Shown piece by piece: positions 38,839 through 49,877 of a DNA stretch of 64,000 nucleotides (position 1 is its first letter; each line of letters opens with the position of its first letter). Origin of the DNA: Thermoanaerobaculia bacterium (GTDB lineage: Bacteria > Acidobacteriota > Thermoanaerobaculia > Multivoradales > JAGPDF01); the NCBI GenBank assembly GCA_963699245.1, contig OY969426.1, forward strand, positions 469,118 to 533,117, written 5' to 3'. The position numbers and the translations under genes were made by a program. The notes beneath the pieces were generated by a model that was not told the origin of the DNA, ran no database searches, and was given only the letters and a program-made list of their open reading frames with translations.

Positions 38839-39477
38839 TCAGTCAGCCAGGTCGAGGAAAAAGGAGAGCTCCTCGAGCGGGATCCTGAGATCGACGTTCT
38901 TCAGCCGGCAGCCCGCGACCGGCACCAGCGAGGCCGGCGCGAAGTTCAGTACCGCGCGGATGCCGGCCCCCGACAACGCGAGGTAGGCGTCGGCGGCGGC
39001 CCCGGCCGGGACGGCGAGGATCCCCAGCGTCGCCTCTGTTCTCCTCACGACCGCCGCCAGCCGGGCCGGATCGTGCACTTGCACCGTGCCGATGCGGCGG
39101 CCGACCTTCGACGGATCGAGGTCGAAGCCGGCCACGACGCGAAAGCTCCCCGAGTTGAACGCGGGAAAGCGCGCCAGCGCCGTCCCGAGGCTTCCCATGC
39201 CGAAGATGACGATCCGGTGCTGGCGATCGAGGCCGAGCAGGTGGGCGAGCTTCGCGGCGAGCGCGCCGACGTCGTAGCCGACGCCGCGGACGCCGAACTC
39301 GCCGAAGAGGGCGAGGTCCTTCCGGATCAGCGACGCGGAGAGGTTGAACTCGCTCGCCAGCTGAGCCGAGGAGACCCGCCGCACGCCGCGGGCCTCGAGC
39401 GCTCGCAGAGAGCGCAGGTAGACGGAGAGCCGGTTGACGGTGAGCGGAGAGACCTGGCGCGCTTCGCTGCGCGGCAC
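38839..39477 (-). CDS. rex: Redox-sensing transcriptional repressor Rex (start may be GTG 39477 or 39564)
   Basis: TVNRLSVYLR, VSSAQLA, IRKDLALFGEFGVRGVGYDV, GMGSLG, AVLNFAP. Confidence 0.94.
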   Translation of the reverse strand: MPRSEARQVSPLTVNRLSVYLRSLRALEARGVRRVSSAQLASEFNLSASLIRKDLALFGEFGVRGVGYDVGALAAKLAHLLGLDRQHRIVIFGMGSLGTALARFPAFNSGSFRVVAGFDLDPSKVGRRIGTVQVHDPARLAAVVRRTEATLGILAVPAGAAADAYLALSGAGIRAVLNFAPASLVPVAGCRLKNVDLRIPLEELSFFLDLAD

Positions 39478-39586
39478 GCTCGCCGTCCGTCCGGCCGCGC
39501 GCGCGCCGCCACCGTTCCTGGCGGTGCGGGAGGAAGCTCCGTTCTGGGAGCGCTGGGACGCCACGCGCGACTGCGGAATGGCCCGC

Positions 39587-41032
39587 TCAGCGCGGCAGGA
39601 GCGCGCCGGCGGCCCAGGTCAGGAAGCCGGATGGCGCCAGCCCGAGCAACAGGCTCGCGCCGGCGGCGATCACGGCGGCGACCGTGCCTGCTGCATCGGG
39701 CCGCACGCCTTCGGGCGCTGCGATCTCCGGCTTCATGTAGAGGAGATAGACGACCCGCAGATAGTAGGCCACGCCGATCAGGCTGGCGGTGATGCCGACC
39801 AGACCGAGGCCCAGCCGGTCGTGCTCGATGGCATGGAGGAAGACGAAGTACTTGCCGAGAAAGCCCGCCGTCGGGGGGATGCCGGCGAGCGACACCATGC
39901 AGATCGAGAGGCAGCCGGCCAGCACCGGGAAGCGATAGCCCCAGCCGGCGAGGTTGGCGATCGAGTGCTGCTCGCCCGCGCGACTGTAGAGCAGCGTCGC
40001 GACCGTGAAGGCGCCGGCGTTCATCAGCACATAGGCGACGAGGTAGATGAAGATCGGCCGCCAGGAGTCCAGCCCCGGGGCCGCGAGCGGAATCATCAGG
40101 TATCCCATGTGGGCAACGCCCGAGTAGGCCAGCATCCGCTTCAGGTCGCGCTGCACGAGGGCGAAAAGATTGCCGACCAGCATCGAGGCGATCGCGAAGA
40201 GCGCCGCCAGGTTCGCCCAGCGGGGCCCGAGCGGGCCCTCGACCGCGGTGGCGATCAGCCGCACCATGACGACCGCGCTGCCGATCTTCGGCGCCACCGA
40301 GAGGAAGGCGACGAACGGAGTCGGCGCGCCCTGGTAGACGTCGGGAGTCCAGGCATGGAAGGGAACCAGGCCGAGCTTGAATGCGAAGCCCGTGAGGAGG
40401 AGCAGGAAGCCGATCACCACCAGCCCGGCCGAGCCCTGGTTCGAGGCCAGCGCCGCGCCGATGGCGTCGAGCCGGGTCGAGCCGGTCTCGCCATAGACGA
40501 GACCGATACCGAGCAGCACGAACGAGCTGACGAAGGCGCCCATCAGGAAGTACTTGATCGCGGCCTCGGCGGAACCGGCGGCGCGGCGGTTGAAGCCGGC
40601 CAGGCCGTAGAGACCGATCGACAGCAGCTCGAGGGCGAGGAAGATGGTCAGCAACTCGGAGGCGCGAACCATCAGGAGCAGCCCGCAGGCGCACCAGAGG
40701 ATCATCGCCGGATACTCGCCGGCCAGCAGCCGCTCGCGCTTCAGGTAGCCGTTCGAGGCCAGCAGCGATAGCAAAGTGGCCAGCAGGATGGCCTGCGAGA
40801 AGGCTCCGGTGAGCGGCGTCGATTCGACCAGCCCGTGCATGGCCACGCCCTGGCCGAGGCCGGAAACCAGCCAGCCGGCGCCGACCGCCGTGGCGGCCCC
40901 CAGGAAGCAGAAGAGGGCGCGCAGCCTCGGCGCGAAGGCCTCGAGCAGCAGCAGCACGGTCCCGCCGGCGGCGAGCAGCAGCTCCGGCGCCAGGGCGGCG
41001 AGATCGGCGGAGAGGGGCGGCGTCGACATCAT
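39587..41032 (-). CDS. nuoN: NADH-quinone oxidoreductase subunit N
   Basis: LELLSIGLY, EAAIKYFLMG, FKLGLVPFHAWTPDVYQGAP, KRMLAYS, SLAGIPPTAGF.GK. Confidence 0.96.
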   Translation of the reverse strand: MMSTPPLSADLAALAPELLLAAGGTVLLLLEAFAPRLRALFCFLGAATAVGAGWLVSGLGQGVAMHGLVESTPLTGAFSQAILLATLLSLLASNGYLKRERLLAGEYPAMILWCACGLLLMVRASELLTIFLALELLSIGLYGLAGFNRRAAGSAEAAIKYFLMGAFVSSFVLLGIGLVYGETGSTRLDAIGAALASNQGSAGLVVIGFLLLLTGFAFKLGLVPFHAWTPDVYQGAPTPFVAFLSVAPKIGSAVVMVRLIATAVEGPLGPRWANLAALFAIASMLVGNLFALVQRDLKRMLAYSGVAHMGYLMIPLAAPGLDSWRPIFIYLVAYVLMNAGAFTVATLLYSRAGEQHSIANLAGWGYRFPVLAGCLSICMVSLAGIPPTAGFLGKYFVFLHAIEHDRLGLGLVGITASLIGVAYYLRVVYLLYMKPEIAAPEGVRPDAAGTVAAVIAAGASLLLGLAPSGFLTWAAGALLPR

Positions 41033-42645
41033 GGCTTGGGCTCCGCGCTCTCCAGGCGGGCCACGAAGGCGCGCGCCGACGATGGGCCTGTCGGCAGCAG
41101 CATCGCGCGCGGGGGCGGCGCCTCGGCGAGCCGGGCCTTGTAGGCCGTGAGCACTCCCTCGAGCGCCGGCCGGCTCGGCTCGAGGAATGCGCGCGGCGCG
41201 ACGCCGATCCAGAGCATCAGGATGCAGAGCGGCAGCAGGGAAGCGACTTCGCGGATGTCGAGGTCCTTCAGCTTGCGGTTCTCTTCCCTGGTGATCGGCC
41301 CCCAGAGGGTCTCCTGCAACATGCGGAGCAGGTAGACGGCGGCGAGGATGACCCCGAAGGCGCCGAGCGCGGCGGCCAGACGATGCCCGCTCGTCCAGGT
41401 GCCGAGCAGGATCAGGAACTCACCGACGAAGCCGTTGAGGGCGGGGAGTCCGACCGAAGCGAGGGTCGAGAAGACGAGAAAAATGGCGAACCAGGGCATG
41501 ACCTTGGCGAGCCCGCCGAACTCGTCGAATTTCTTGGTGTGGCGGCGGTCGTAGAGCATGCCGACGAGGAGGAAGAGCGCACCGGTCGACAGGCCGTGGT
41601 TGACCATCTGCAGCAGCGCGCCCTGCCAGGCGACGATGTCGCAGGCGAGGATTCCGAGCATGACGAAGCCGAGGTGGGCGATCGAGGAGTAGGCGACCAG
41701 CTTCTTCATGTCCGGCTGCACCCAGGCGACCAGCGCACCGTAGAGGATGCCGACCACCGCGAGCCCGATCAGCCAGGGGCCGAGCTGGTGCGACGCATGC
41801 GGGAAGAAGGGGAGCGCGAAGCGGAGGAAGCCGTAGGTGCCGAGCTTGAGCAGGATGCCGGCCAGGATCACGGAGCCGCCGGTCGGCGCCTCGACGTGGG
41901 CGTCCGGCAACCAGGTGTGGACCGGGAACATCGGCACCTTGATCGCGAAGGCGAGGGCGAAGGCCGCGAACAGCCAGAGCTGCTCACCGATCGGAAACTC
42001 GATCCGCAGCAGGTCCTCGTAGCGGAAGCTCCAGACGCCGGCCAGTCGCGCGTGCGCCCAGCCCATCCAGAGGATGGCGAGCAGCATCAGGAGGCTGCCG
42101 GCCATCGTGAACAGGAAGAACTTGACCGCCGCGTAGACCCGCCGCTCGCCCCCCCAGACGCCGATCACGAAGTACATCGGGATCAGCATCACTTCCCAGA
42201 AGACGTAGAAGACGAAGAGATCGAGGGCCACCAGCGCGCCGAGGATGCCGGTCGTCAGCACCAGGAGCGAGCCCGCGAAACCGGACCAGTGCTTGTCGAC
42301 GCCCTTGAAGGAACCGAGCAGCACGATCGGCAGCAGCAGGCCGGTGAGCGCGACGAGTGGCAGCGAGATGCCGTCGAGCCCCACTTCGTAGACGATCGAG
42401 AAGCCGGGCAGCGCGATCCACGTCGTCACCGGGTCGCGCACCAGCATCCCGGCGGCGTCCCAGTGGTTCCACAGGAAGAGCGCGATCAGGCCGAGCTCGA
42501 TCAGCGACGCGACGAGCGCATACGCCTTGACGGTGCCGGCCGAGGCGCGGCGGAAGAAGAGCAGCGGCAGCGCGGCGATGGTCGGAAAGAAGACGAGTCG
42601 CGTGATCGAATCGCCGGCGAGCAGTCCGAGGAATCCGGAACCCAT
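41029..42645 (-). CDS. nuoM: NADH-quinone oxidoreductase subunit M
   Basis: DGISLPL, FYVFWEVMLIPMY, AIKVPMFPVHTWLPDAHVEAPT, KKLVAYSS, QMVNHG, GFVGEF. Confidence 0.96.
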   Translation of the reverse strand: MGSGFLGLLAGDSITRLVFFPTIAALPLLFFRRASAGTVKAYALVASLIELGLIALFLWNHWDAAGMLVRDPVTTWIALPGFSIVYEVGLDGISLPLVALTGLLLPIVLLGSFKGVDKHWSGFAGSLLVLTTGILGALVALDLFVFYVFWEVMLIPMYFVIGVWGGERRVYAAVKFFLFTMAGSLLMLLAILWMGWAHARLAGVWSFRYEDLLRIEFPIGEQLWLFAAFALAFAIKVPMFPVHTWLPDAHVEAPTGGSVILAGILLKLGTYGFLRFALPFFPHASHQLGPWLIGLAVVGILYGALVAWVQPDMKKLVAYSSIAHLGFVMLGILACDIVAWQGALLQMVNHGLSTGALFLLVGMLYDRRHTKKFDEFGGLAKVMPWFAIFLVFSTLASVGLPALNGFVGEFLILLGTWTSGHRLAAALGAFGVILAAVYLLRMLQETLWGPITREENRKLKDLDIREVASLLPLCILMLWIGVAPRAFLEPSRPALEGVLTAYKARLAEAPPPRAMLLPTGPSSARAFVARLESAEPKP

Positions 42646-44616
42646 CACATCACCATCCACCAGAAGATCAGCAGGACCCCGGCGAAGAAGTACATCGCGT
42701 AGTTCCGGACGTTGCCGGTAGTGGTGAAGCGGCCGATGTCGCCGACGATCTCGGTCAGGAAGGCCACCACGCTCAGGCCACCGTCGATGATCAGCTCGTC
42801 GACCACTTTCCAGCAGATCCGGGCCAGGCGCTTGATCGGCCGCACGATCATCGCGTCGTAGAGCTCGTCGACGCGGTACTTGTCGGCGAGCAGTTTCTGG
42901 AGCTTCGGCGCTCTCGCCGCGAACGCCTCGTCGGCCGCGAGGCCGCGCCCGCGTCCCCACAGGCGGGCCGCGAGCCAGATGCCGAAGAGCGCTGCAGCGA
43001 TCGATGCGCCGATCAGAAGGGCCTCGAGGGCATGCGAGCTTTCGTGCCCGGCCATCGCGTGTCCCGGAATCTCCGCGATCACCGGTCGCAGCAGGCCGCC
43101 GAGCCAGTCGTGGTCGTGGCTGCCGAAGAGCTCCCACATGCCGCCCGGGATGCCGATCCAGCCGGCGCACACTGCGCCGACGGCGAGGACCCAGAGCGGC
43201 ACGGTCATCACCGCCGGCGACTCGTGCAGGTGGTGCTCCTGCTCGTGGGTGCCGCGGAAGGCGCCGTGGAAGGTCATGTGGACCAGGCGGAACATGTAGC
43301 AGGCCGTGAGCGCCGCGGTGAGCAGACCGACCGCCCAGAGCAGCTTCGCCGCCGGCACGTGCGCCATGAAGGTCGCGCCGAGGATCTCGTCCTTGCTGAA
43401 GAAGCCGGCGAGGCCGGGCACGCCGGCGATCGCCAGCGTCGAGATCAGGAAGGTGCGGTAGGTCGAGGGCATGTGCTTCGCCAGGCCGCCCATCTTCCGC
43501 ATGTCCTGCTCGCCGCCCATGGCATGGATTACCGAACCGGAGCCGAGGAAGAGGCAGGCCTTGAAGAATGCGTGCGTGCCGAGATGGAAAATCGCCGCCT
43601 TGTAGGCGCCGATCCCCGCGGCCAGGAACATGTAGCCGAGCTGCGAGACGGTCGAGTAGGCGAGGACCTTCTTGATGTCGTTCTGCGCGATGCCGATCGT
43701 CGCCGCGAAGATCGCCGTCGCGGCGCCGACGATGGCCACCACTGCCGAGATCTCCGGCGCCAGCTGATAGATCGCATTGGTGCGCACCACCATGTAGACG
43801 CCGGCGGTGACCATCGTGGCGGCGTGGATGAGGGCCGAAACCGGAGTCGGGCCGGCCATGGCGTCGGGCAGCCAGACGAAGAGGGGAATCTGGGCGCTCT
43901 TGCCGGTAGCGCCGACGAAGAGGAAGAGAGCGATGAACCCGGCGGCTGTCAGGCCGAGCGCGAACGGCCGATGGGCAACCGAAGGGTCGGCGAGAATGCG
44001 CTCGTTCAACTGGCCGAAGTGCAGCGTCCCCCAGGTCGACCAGATCGCGAACAGGCCGAGCAGGAACCCGAAGTCGCCGATCCGGTTGACGATGAACGCC
44101 TTCTTGCCGGCGAACGGCGGGAAGGTCTCCTCGAAGTAATAGCCGATCAGGAGATACGAGCAGAGACCGACACCTTCCCAGCCGACGAAGAGAATCAGGT
44201 AGTTGTTGCCGAGCACCAGCAGCAGCATGGCGCCCATGAAGAGATTCAGGTACGAGAAGTACCGGCGGTATCCCTCCTCGTGCCCCATGTAGCCGACCGA
44301 GTAGACGTGGATCCAGAAGCCCACGAAGGTGACGACGAAGAGCATCACCGCCGAGAGCGGATCCACGCGAAAGCCGACGTCCAGCGCGACGGCGCCGGTC
44401 GTCCAGGCGTAGAGGACCTTCTCGAAGGCAGCGGGGCGCACCGAGCCCAGGTACTGGGCGAGCGCTGCCAGGGCGACCAGCAGCGAGAGGCCGGGGAATC
44501 CGACGACCGACCGCCGTCACCAGGCTCTTCTGGCGATTCTTGAGCAGCAGGCCGTTCACCGCCGCGCCGGCGAAGGGGAGGGCAGGGACGAGCCAGATCA
44601 GGTCGAGCGCGTTCAT
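42645..44616 (-). CDS. nuoL: NADH-quinone oxidoreductase subunit L (frameshift near 44440-44510)
   Basis: DPLSAVM, IHVYSVGYM, GWEGVGLCSYLLIG, NRIGDFGF, GKSAQIPL.VWLPDAMAGPTPVSALIHAATMV. Confidence 0.96.
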
Positions 44617-44620
44617 GCCG

Positions 44621-44926
44621 TCACCAGCGCAGGAGGTTGATGCGATTGAGGTCGATCGTCTTGCGCGAGCGGAAGATGGCGATGAAGATCGCCAGGCCGA
44701 CGGCGGCCTCCGCCGCCGCCACCGCGAGCGCGAAGAAGACCACCATCTGGCCGATGCGATCGCCGAGCAGGCGCGAATACGCCACCAGCGCCAGGTTCGC
44801 GGCGTTCAGCATCAGCTCGATCGAGAGGAAGATCGCGATGCCGCTGCGCCGGGTCAGCGCGCCGAAGACGCCGATCGCGAAGAGCGCCGCGGCGAGCAGC
44901 AGATACCAGGAAACCGGGACGATCAT
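44621..44926 (-). CDS. nuoK: NADH-quinone oxidoreductase subunit K
   Basis: LFAIGVFG, SIELMLNAANL, VAAAEAAVGLA. Confidence 0.95.
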   Translation of the reverse strand: MIVPVSWYLLLAAALFAIGVFGALTRRSGIAIFLSIELMLNAANLALVAYSRLLGDRIGQMVVFFALAVAAAEAAVGLAIFIAIFRSRKTIDLNRINLLRW

Positions 44927-45444
44927 CGCGTCTCCTCCGGCTCCTCGTCGTCGGCGCGGCGCGCCACCCAGCTCGCCGCCACCACCGCCACCAGCAGCAG
45001 CAGGCCGATGATCTCGAACGGCAGGAGGTAGGTGGAGAAGAGGAGCTCGGCGAGTCCGCGCGTCGCGACGAATTCCTCCGTCAGCTGCGGCGCGGCGCTG
45101 GCGCCGTGCGCCTCCCAAAGAAGGCGCGCCAGCGCGCCGAAGAAGATCAGGGCGCCGAGCCCGGCGAACCAGGTCTGGGTCGGTACGCGCCCCGGCAGCG
45201 GCCGCTCGCGGCCAACGTTGAGCAGCATGATGACGAAGAGGAAGAGCACCAGAATCGCGCCGGTGTAGAGCAGGATCTGCAGCACCGCCAGGAAGGGCGA
45301 GCCGAGCAGGACGTAGAGCACTGCGGTCGCGAGCAGGGTCAGGACGAGGCTCATTGTCGAGTAGACCGGATTGCGGTGGGCGACCACCACGATCGCCGAG
45401 ACGAGCGCCAGGACGGCGAAGAGACCGAAGATCGCCACCTCCAT
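44923..45444 (-). CDS. nuoJ: NADH-quinone oxidoreductase subunit J
   Basis: RNPVYS, QILLYTGAILVLFLFVIMLL, YLLPFE. Confidence 0.94.
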   Translation of the reverse strand: MEVAIFGLFAVLALVSAIVVVAHRNPVYSTMSLVLTLLATAVLYVLLGSPFLAVLQILLYTGAILVLFLFVIMLLNVGRERPLPGRVPTQTWFAGLGALIFFGALARLLWEAHGASAAPQLTEEFVATRGLAELLFSTYLLPFEIIGLLLLVAVVAASWVARRADDEEPEETR

Positions 45445-46469
45445 CAGAGCACTCCTCCGACGGTCATCGCGGCGGTGACGACGAACTGGAGCAGCGCCAG
45501 AGGCAGCAGCACTTTCCATCCCAGCCGCATCAGCTGGTCGTAGCGGAAGCGCGGGAAAGTCCAGCGCACCCAGATGAAGAGGAAGAGCATCAGCCCGACC
45601 TTGAGCATGATCACTCCGAAGCCGAGCAGCGCCTGAACCAGGCCCGAGAAACCCGAAAAGTCCACGAACGGCAGCGACCAGCCGCCGAAATAGAGCGTCA
45701 TGCCGAGGGCCGAGAGGGTGGTCATCGACATGTATTCGCCCATGAAGAACATGGCGAACCGCATCGAGCCGTACTCGGTGTGGTAGCCGGCGACGAGCTC
45801 CGATTCCGCTTCGGGGAGGTCGAACGGCAGCCGGTTGGTCTCGGCGAAGGAGGCGATCAGGAAAACGAGGAACCCGAGCGGCTGCGTCACCACTTGCCAG
45901 AGGTGCGCGCGCTGGTAGTCGACCACGTCGCCGAGGTTCATCGAGCTTGCCGGCAGCAGAGCGCAGACGACCGCGGTGGTCAGGGCGAGCTCGTAGCTGA
46001 TCATCTGCGCCGAGGCGCGAATCGAGCCCATCAACGACCACTTGTTGTTCGAGCTCCAGCCGGCGAGCACCAGCGAGTAGACGCCGAGGCTGGCGAGCGC
46101 GAGGAAGAGGAGGATGCCGACGTCCGAATCGACCACGACGAGCTTGGTGCGGTGACCGGCGATGACGACCTCCGGCCCGAAAGGCAGCACGAGGAAGGTG
46201 GTCAGCGCCGGCACCAGCGCGAGCGCCGGGGCGAGGAGGAAGAGCGGCTTGTCGGCGCCGCTCGGCGTGACGTCCTCCTTGAAGATGAACTTGACGGCGT
46301 CGGCGATGCCCTGGAGCAGGCCGAGGGGGCCAACTCGGTTCGGTCCCAGCCGGTCCTGCATGAAGGCGGGCGCTCGGCGCTCGAGCCAGAGCATCACCGG
46401 AGCGACCTGGAGCAGGGCGACGACCCAGAGGCCGGTCTTCGCCAGCATGGCGACAGTTTCGGCGCTCAA
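45444..46469 (-). CDS. nuoH: NADH-quinone oxidoreductase subunit H
   Basis: ERR..AFMQDRLGPNRVGPLGLLQ, RASAQMISYE, AETNRLPFDLPEAESELVAGYHTEY, PRFRYDQLM. Confidence 0.96.
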   Translation of the reverse strand: MSAETVAMLAKTGLWVVALLQVAPVMLWLERRAPAFMQDRLGPNRVGPLGLLQGIADAVKFIFKEDVTPSGADKPLFLLAPALALVPALTTFLVLPFGPEVVIAGHRTKLVVVDSDVGILLFLALASLGVYSLVLAGWSSNNKWSLMGSIRASAQMISYELALTTAVVCALLPASSMNLGDVVDYQRAHLWQVVTQPLGFLVFLIASFAETNRLPFDLPEAESELVAGYHTEYGSMRFAMFFMGEYMSMTTLSALGMTLYFGGWSLPFVDFSGFSGLVQALLGFGVIMLKVGLMLFLFIWVRWTFPRFRYDQLMRLGWKVLLPLALLQFVVTAAMTVGGVL

Positions 46470-48088
46470 GCGGCTCCCTCCGCGCCCTTCGGGGATCCGA
46501 GCACGACCCCCTCGGCGGGCACGTCGGCCCAGCGCAGGCCCTCGAAGGCGGTGAGCTCTTCGGCGAGCAGGTCGAACGCCGTGGCGGCCGTCACCGACGC
46601 CCACTTCGGATCGAAGCGCGCCAGCAGCTCGGCCAGGACCTCGATCGCCGGCCGGCTCTGCGACGGCGCCGGGAAGGCGCGATCGAAGCGCTGCAGACGA
46701 TTCTGGACGTTGACGAAGGTGCCCTCGCGCTCGGCGTGGGTGGCGGTCGGCAGGACGACGTCGGCGACCCGGGCGAGCGGCGTGTCTGCCCAGCCGAGGA
46801 CGACCAGGAAGCGCGCCTTGCGCAGCCGCTCGACGACCCTGGGATCGCGCGCCGCCTTGCCGAAATCGCTGTCGGCGACGACCAGCATCGAGCACTGCTC
46901 CGCGGCGCTCTCGAGCAGCAGCGACTGCGCGTCGATGCCTCCCGCGCCCGGCACCAGGCCGGCGAGCTCGGCGCCGCGACGGTTCGGCGCCGCGTCGTGG
47001 CCGGTGACGCCGCCGGCGGGATTCGGAATGAACCGGCTCGGCCCGCTGTCGACCCAGACGGAGCGGTGCGGCGAGTCGACGAGCTCGGCCAGGCGCGCGA
47101 CCAGGAAGGCCTCCTCGGTCGAGAGGAATCCCGAGCCGAGGAAGGCGACCGCGCCGTCGGCCCGCTTGCTGCGCAGGGCCTGGAAGACCGCGTCGATCGC
47201 TTCGCGCCAGCCCGCCGGCTCGGTCTCGCCGCCACGGCGCAGGAGCGGGCTGAGCAGCCGGGTGTCTTCGCGGTAGCGCTCGTGGCTGGCGCGGCCGAAA
47301 TCGCACATCCAGTAGTCGTTGACCGCGACGTTGGAGCGCGGCTTGTAGCGCCGGATCTCGCCACGCCGGTGCTCGAGCGTGACGTTGCACCCGGCGTCGC
47401 AGCCGGTGCAGATCGAGGGGCGCTTGTCGAGGTTCCAGACCCGATCGGTGAAGCGGAAGCGAGTCGAGGTGAGCGCGCCGACCGGGCAGATGTCGACGAC
47501 GCAGGTCGACAGAGGGTTGTCGAGCTGCAGCCCCTCGACGGTGCCGATCTCGGCGTGCGATCCGCGGTTGAAGAATCCGATCTCGCCCGTCTTCGACACT
47601 TCCTGGGTGAAGCGCACGCACCGGGTGCACTGGATGCACCGGTTCATGTTGAGCATCACCGTCGGGCCGAGCGGGATGCGCTCCTTCTCGGGATAGGTGC
47701 GCTTCTCCTCGAAGCGGAAACGGGAGTAGGCCTGGCCGTGCTTGAAGGAGTAGTCCTGCAGGCCGCACTCTCCCGCCTGATCGCAGATCGGGCAGTCGAG
47801 GGGGTGGTTGATGAGCAGGAACTCCATCACCGCGCGCTGCGCCTCGGCGGCCGGCGCCGAGTTGGTGCGCACGACCATGCCGTCGCGGGTCACCGGCGTC
47901 GAGCAGGCCGCCTGGAGCTTCGGCATGCCCTGCACCTCGACCATGCACATGCGGCACTGGCCGACGACCGAGAGGCGCGGGTGGTAGCAGTAATGGGGAA
48001 TCTGAACGCCGACCTTGAGCGCGGCCTCGACCAGGTTGGTTCCGGCCGGGACCTCGACGGTACGGTCGTCGATGGTGACGGTAGGCAT
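46466..48088 (-). CDS. nuoG: NADH-quinone oxidoreductase subunit G (short, about 540 aa)
   Basis: IPHYCYHP, GQCRMC, NHPLDCPICDQAGEC.LQ, RCIQCTRCVRF, DICPVGAL, CTGCDAGC. Confidence 0.94.
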   Translation of the reverse strand: MPTVTIDDRTVEVPAGTNLVEAALKVGVQIPHYCYHPRLSVVGQCRMCMVEVQGMPKLQAACSTPVTRDGMVVRTNSAPAAEAQRAVMEFLLINHPLDCPICDQAGECGLQDYSFKHGQAYSRFRFEEKRTYPEKERIPLGPTVMLNMNRCIQCTRCVRFTQEVSKTGEIGFFNRGSHAEIGTVEGLQLDNPLSTCVVDICPVGALTSTRFRFTDRVWNLDKRPSICTGCDAGCNVTLEHRRGEIRRYKPRSNVAVNDYWMCDFGRASHERYREDTRLLSPLLRRGGETEPAGWREAIDAVFQALRSKRADGAVAFLGSGFLSTEEAFLVARLAELVDSPHRSVWVDSGPSRFIPNPAGGVTGHDAAPNRRGAELAGLVPGAGGIDAQSLLLESAAEQCSMLVVADSDFGKAARDPRVVERLRKARFLVVLGWADTPLARVADVVLPTATHAEREGTFVNVQNRLQRFDRAFPAPSQSRPAIEVLAELLARFDPKWASVTAATAFDLLAEELTAFEGLRWADVPAEGVVLGSPKGAEGAA

Positions 48089-49386
48089 CAGGCGGCTGCT
48101 CCGAGGTCGAAGTAGGGAGAGCGCGGCAGCGGATAACGGCCGTTGCGGATGTTGTCGCGGATCTCGTCGCCGAACTTCGCGAGCATCGACTTCACCGGCC
48201 CTTGCGACGCGTCGCCGAGGGCGCAGAGCGAGATGCCTCCGACGTTCGGCACCACGCTCGCCAGCAGGTCGAGATCGGCTTCGCTGCCGTGCCCCGATTC
48301 GATGCGCTCCAGGAGGATGCGCATCCAGTTGGTGCCCTCGCGGCAGGGCGTGCACTGCCCGCACGACTCGTGGGCGAAGAACTCCGCGAGGCGCAGCGTC
48401 GAGCGCACGATGTCGGTCGTCTCGTCCATCACGATGACCGCCGCCGAGCCGAGCATCGAGCCCGCCTTGGCGAGGGTGTCGAAGTCGAGCCGGAAGTCGA
48501 TCTCTGCCGGCGTCAGCATGGCGGCCGACGCTCCACCGGGAATCCAGGCCTTGAGCTGGCGCCCCTTGTACATGCCGCCGCAGGAATCCAGCAGCTCGCG
48601 GAAGGGGATGCCGATCGGATGCTCGTAGGTGCCGGGACGCTCGACGTGGCCGGAGATCGCGTAGAGCTTCGGACCGGTGTTGCGCTCGTCGGTGCCGATC
48701 GCCTTGAACCAGTCGGCGCCGCGCACCAGGATGTGCGTCGCGCAGCACAGCGTCTCGACGTTGTTGATCACGGTCGGGCAGCCGAAGGCGCCGACGACGG
48801 CGGGGAAGGGGGGCTTGACGCGCGGCTGACCGCGCTTGCCTTCGAGCGACTCGAGCAGGCCCGTCTCCTCGCCGCAGATGTAGGCCCCGGCGCCGCGATG
48901 AACGTGGATATCGTGGCGGAAACCGCTGCCGAGGACGCTCGAGCCGAGCACGCCATTGTCGTAGGCGTCGCGGATCGCCTCCTCGAGCACCCGCGCGGCG
49001 TGGGTGTACTCGCCACGGATGTAGATGTAGGTCGTGTTGGCGCCGACCGCCCAGCCTGCGATGACGCATCCCTCGAGGAGCTGGTGGGGGTCGTGCTCCA
49101 TCAGGAGACGGTCCTTGAAGGTGCCCGGCTCCGACTCGTCGGCGTTGCAGACGATGTACTTGGGCTTGTCGATGTTGCGCGGCACGAAGCTCCACTTGGC
49201 GCCGCAGGGGAAGCCGGCGCCGCCGCGTCCGCGCAGCCCCGATTTCTTGACCTCTTCGACCACCTCTTCGGGCTGCATGGCGAGGGCGCGACGCAGCCCT
49301 TCGTAGCCGCCGCTCTCGCGATAGCCCCGCACCGTGCGCGCCTCGGCGCGCCCGACGTTCCGCGTCAGTACCCTTTCGAAGGCCAT
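48088..49386 (-). CDS. nuoF: NADH-quinone oxidoreductase subunit F
   Basis: SGLRGRGGAGFP, NADESEPGTFKDR, GAGAYICGEET, ESCGQCTPCREG, CALGD. Confidence 0.97.
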   Translation of the reverse strand: MAFERVLTRNVGRAEARTVRGYRESGGYEGLRRALAMQPEEVVEEVKKSGLRGRGGAGFPCGAKWSFVPRNIDKPKYIVCNADESEPGTFKDRLLMEHDPHQLLEGCVIAGWAVGANTTYIYIRGEYTHAARVLEEAIRDAYDNGVLGSSVLGSGFRHDIHVHRGAGAYICGEETGLLESLEGKRGQPRVKPPFPAVVGAFGCPTVINNVETLCCATHILVRGADWFKAIGTDERNTGPKLYAISGHVERPGTYEHPIGIPFRELLDSCGGMYKGRQLKAWIPGGASAAMLTPAEIDFRLDFDTLAKAGSMLGSAAVIVMDETTDIVRSTLRLAEFFAHESCGQCTPCREGTNWMRILLERIESGHGSEADLDLLASVVPNVGGISLCALGDASQGPVKSMLAKFGDEIRDNIRNGRYPLPRSPYFDLGAAA

Positions 49387-49877
49387 CAGTCGAGGTCCGC
49401 GAGGATCTTGCGCAGGCGCGCGGGGTTCAGGTTCTCTTGATAGTCGTCGTCGATCATCGCCATCGGAGCGGTGTCGCAGGAGCCCAGGCACTCGAATTTC
49501 ACCCAGCTGCAGCGGCCGTCCGGCGTTACCACGCCGGGCCCGACGGCGAGCTCCTTGCGCAGCACGTCGGCCAGCTCGTCGGCGCCGCGCAGCTGACAGG
49601 AGAGGTTGGTGCAGAGACGGATGCGATGTCGACCGACCGGCTTGTCGTGGAACATGTCGTAGAAGGAGACCACGCCCGCCACCTTGGAGACCGGCAACTC
49701 GAGCAGCTCGGCGACCGCGGCCTGGACGGCCGCGGAGAGCCAGCCGCCGTTGGCGGCCTGGGCGAGATGGAGAGCGGGGAGAAGGAGCGCCTCCTGGGTG
49801 GGGTAGCGGGGCCGCAACGCGTCGATGGCGCGGACGACCTCGTCCGGGAGCCGCGTCGCCTGCGGAGAGGAGCTCAC
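49386..49877 (-). CDS. nuoE: NADH-quinone oxidoreductase subunit E
   Basis: LLPALHLAQ, VVSFYDMF, CTNLSCQLRG, ECLGSCDTAP. Confidence 0.94.
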   Translation of the reverse strand: MSSSPQATRLPDEVVRAIDALRPRYPTQEALLLPALHLAQAANGGWLSAAVQAAVAELLELPVSKVAGVVSFYDMFHDKPVGRHRIRLCTNLSCQLRGADELADVLRKELAVGPGVVTPDGRCSWVKFECLGSCDTAPMAMIDDDYQENLNPARLRKILADLD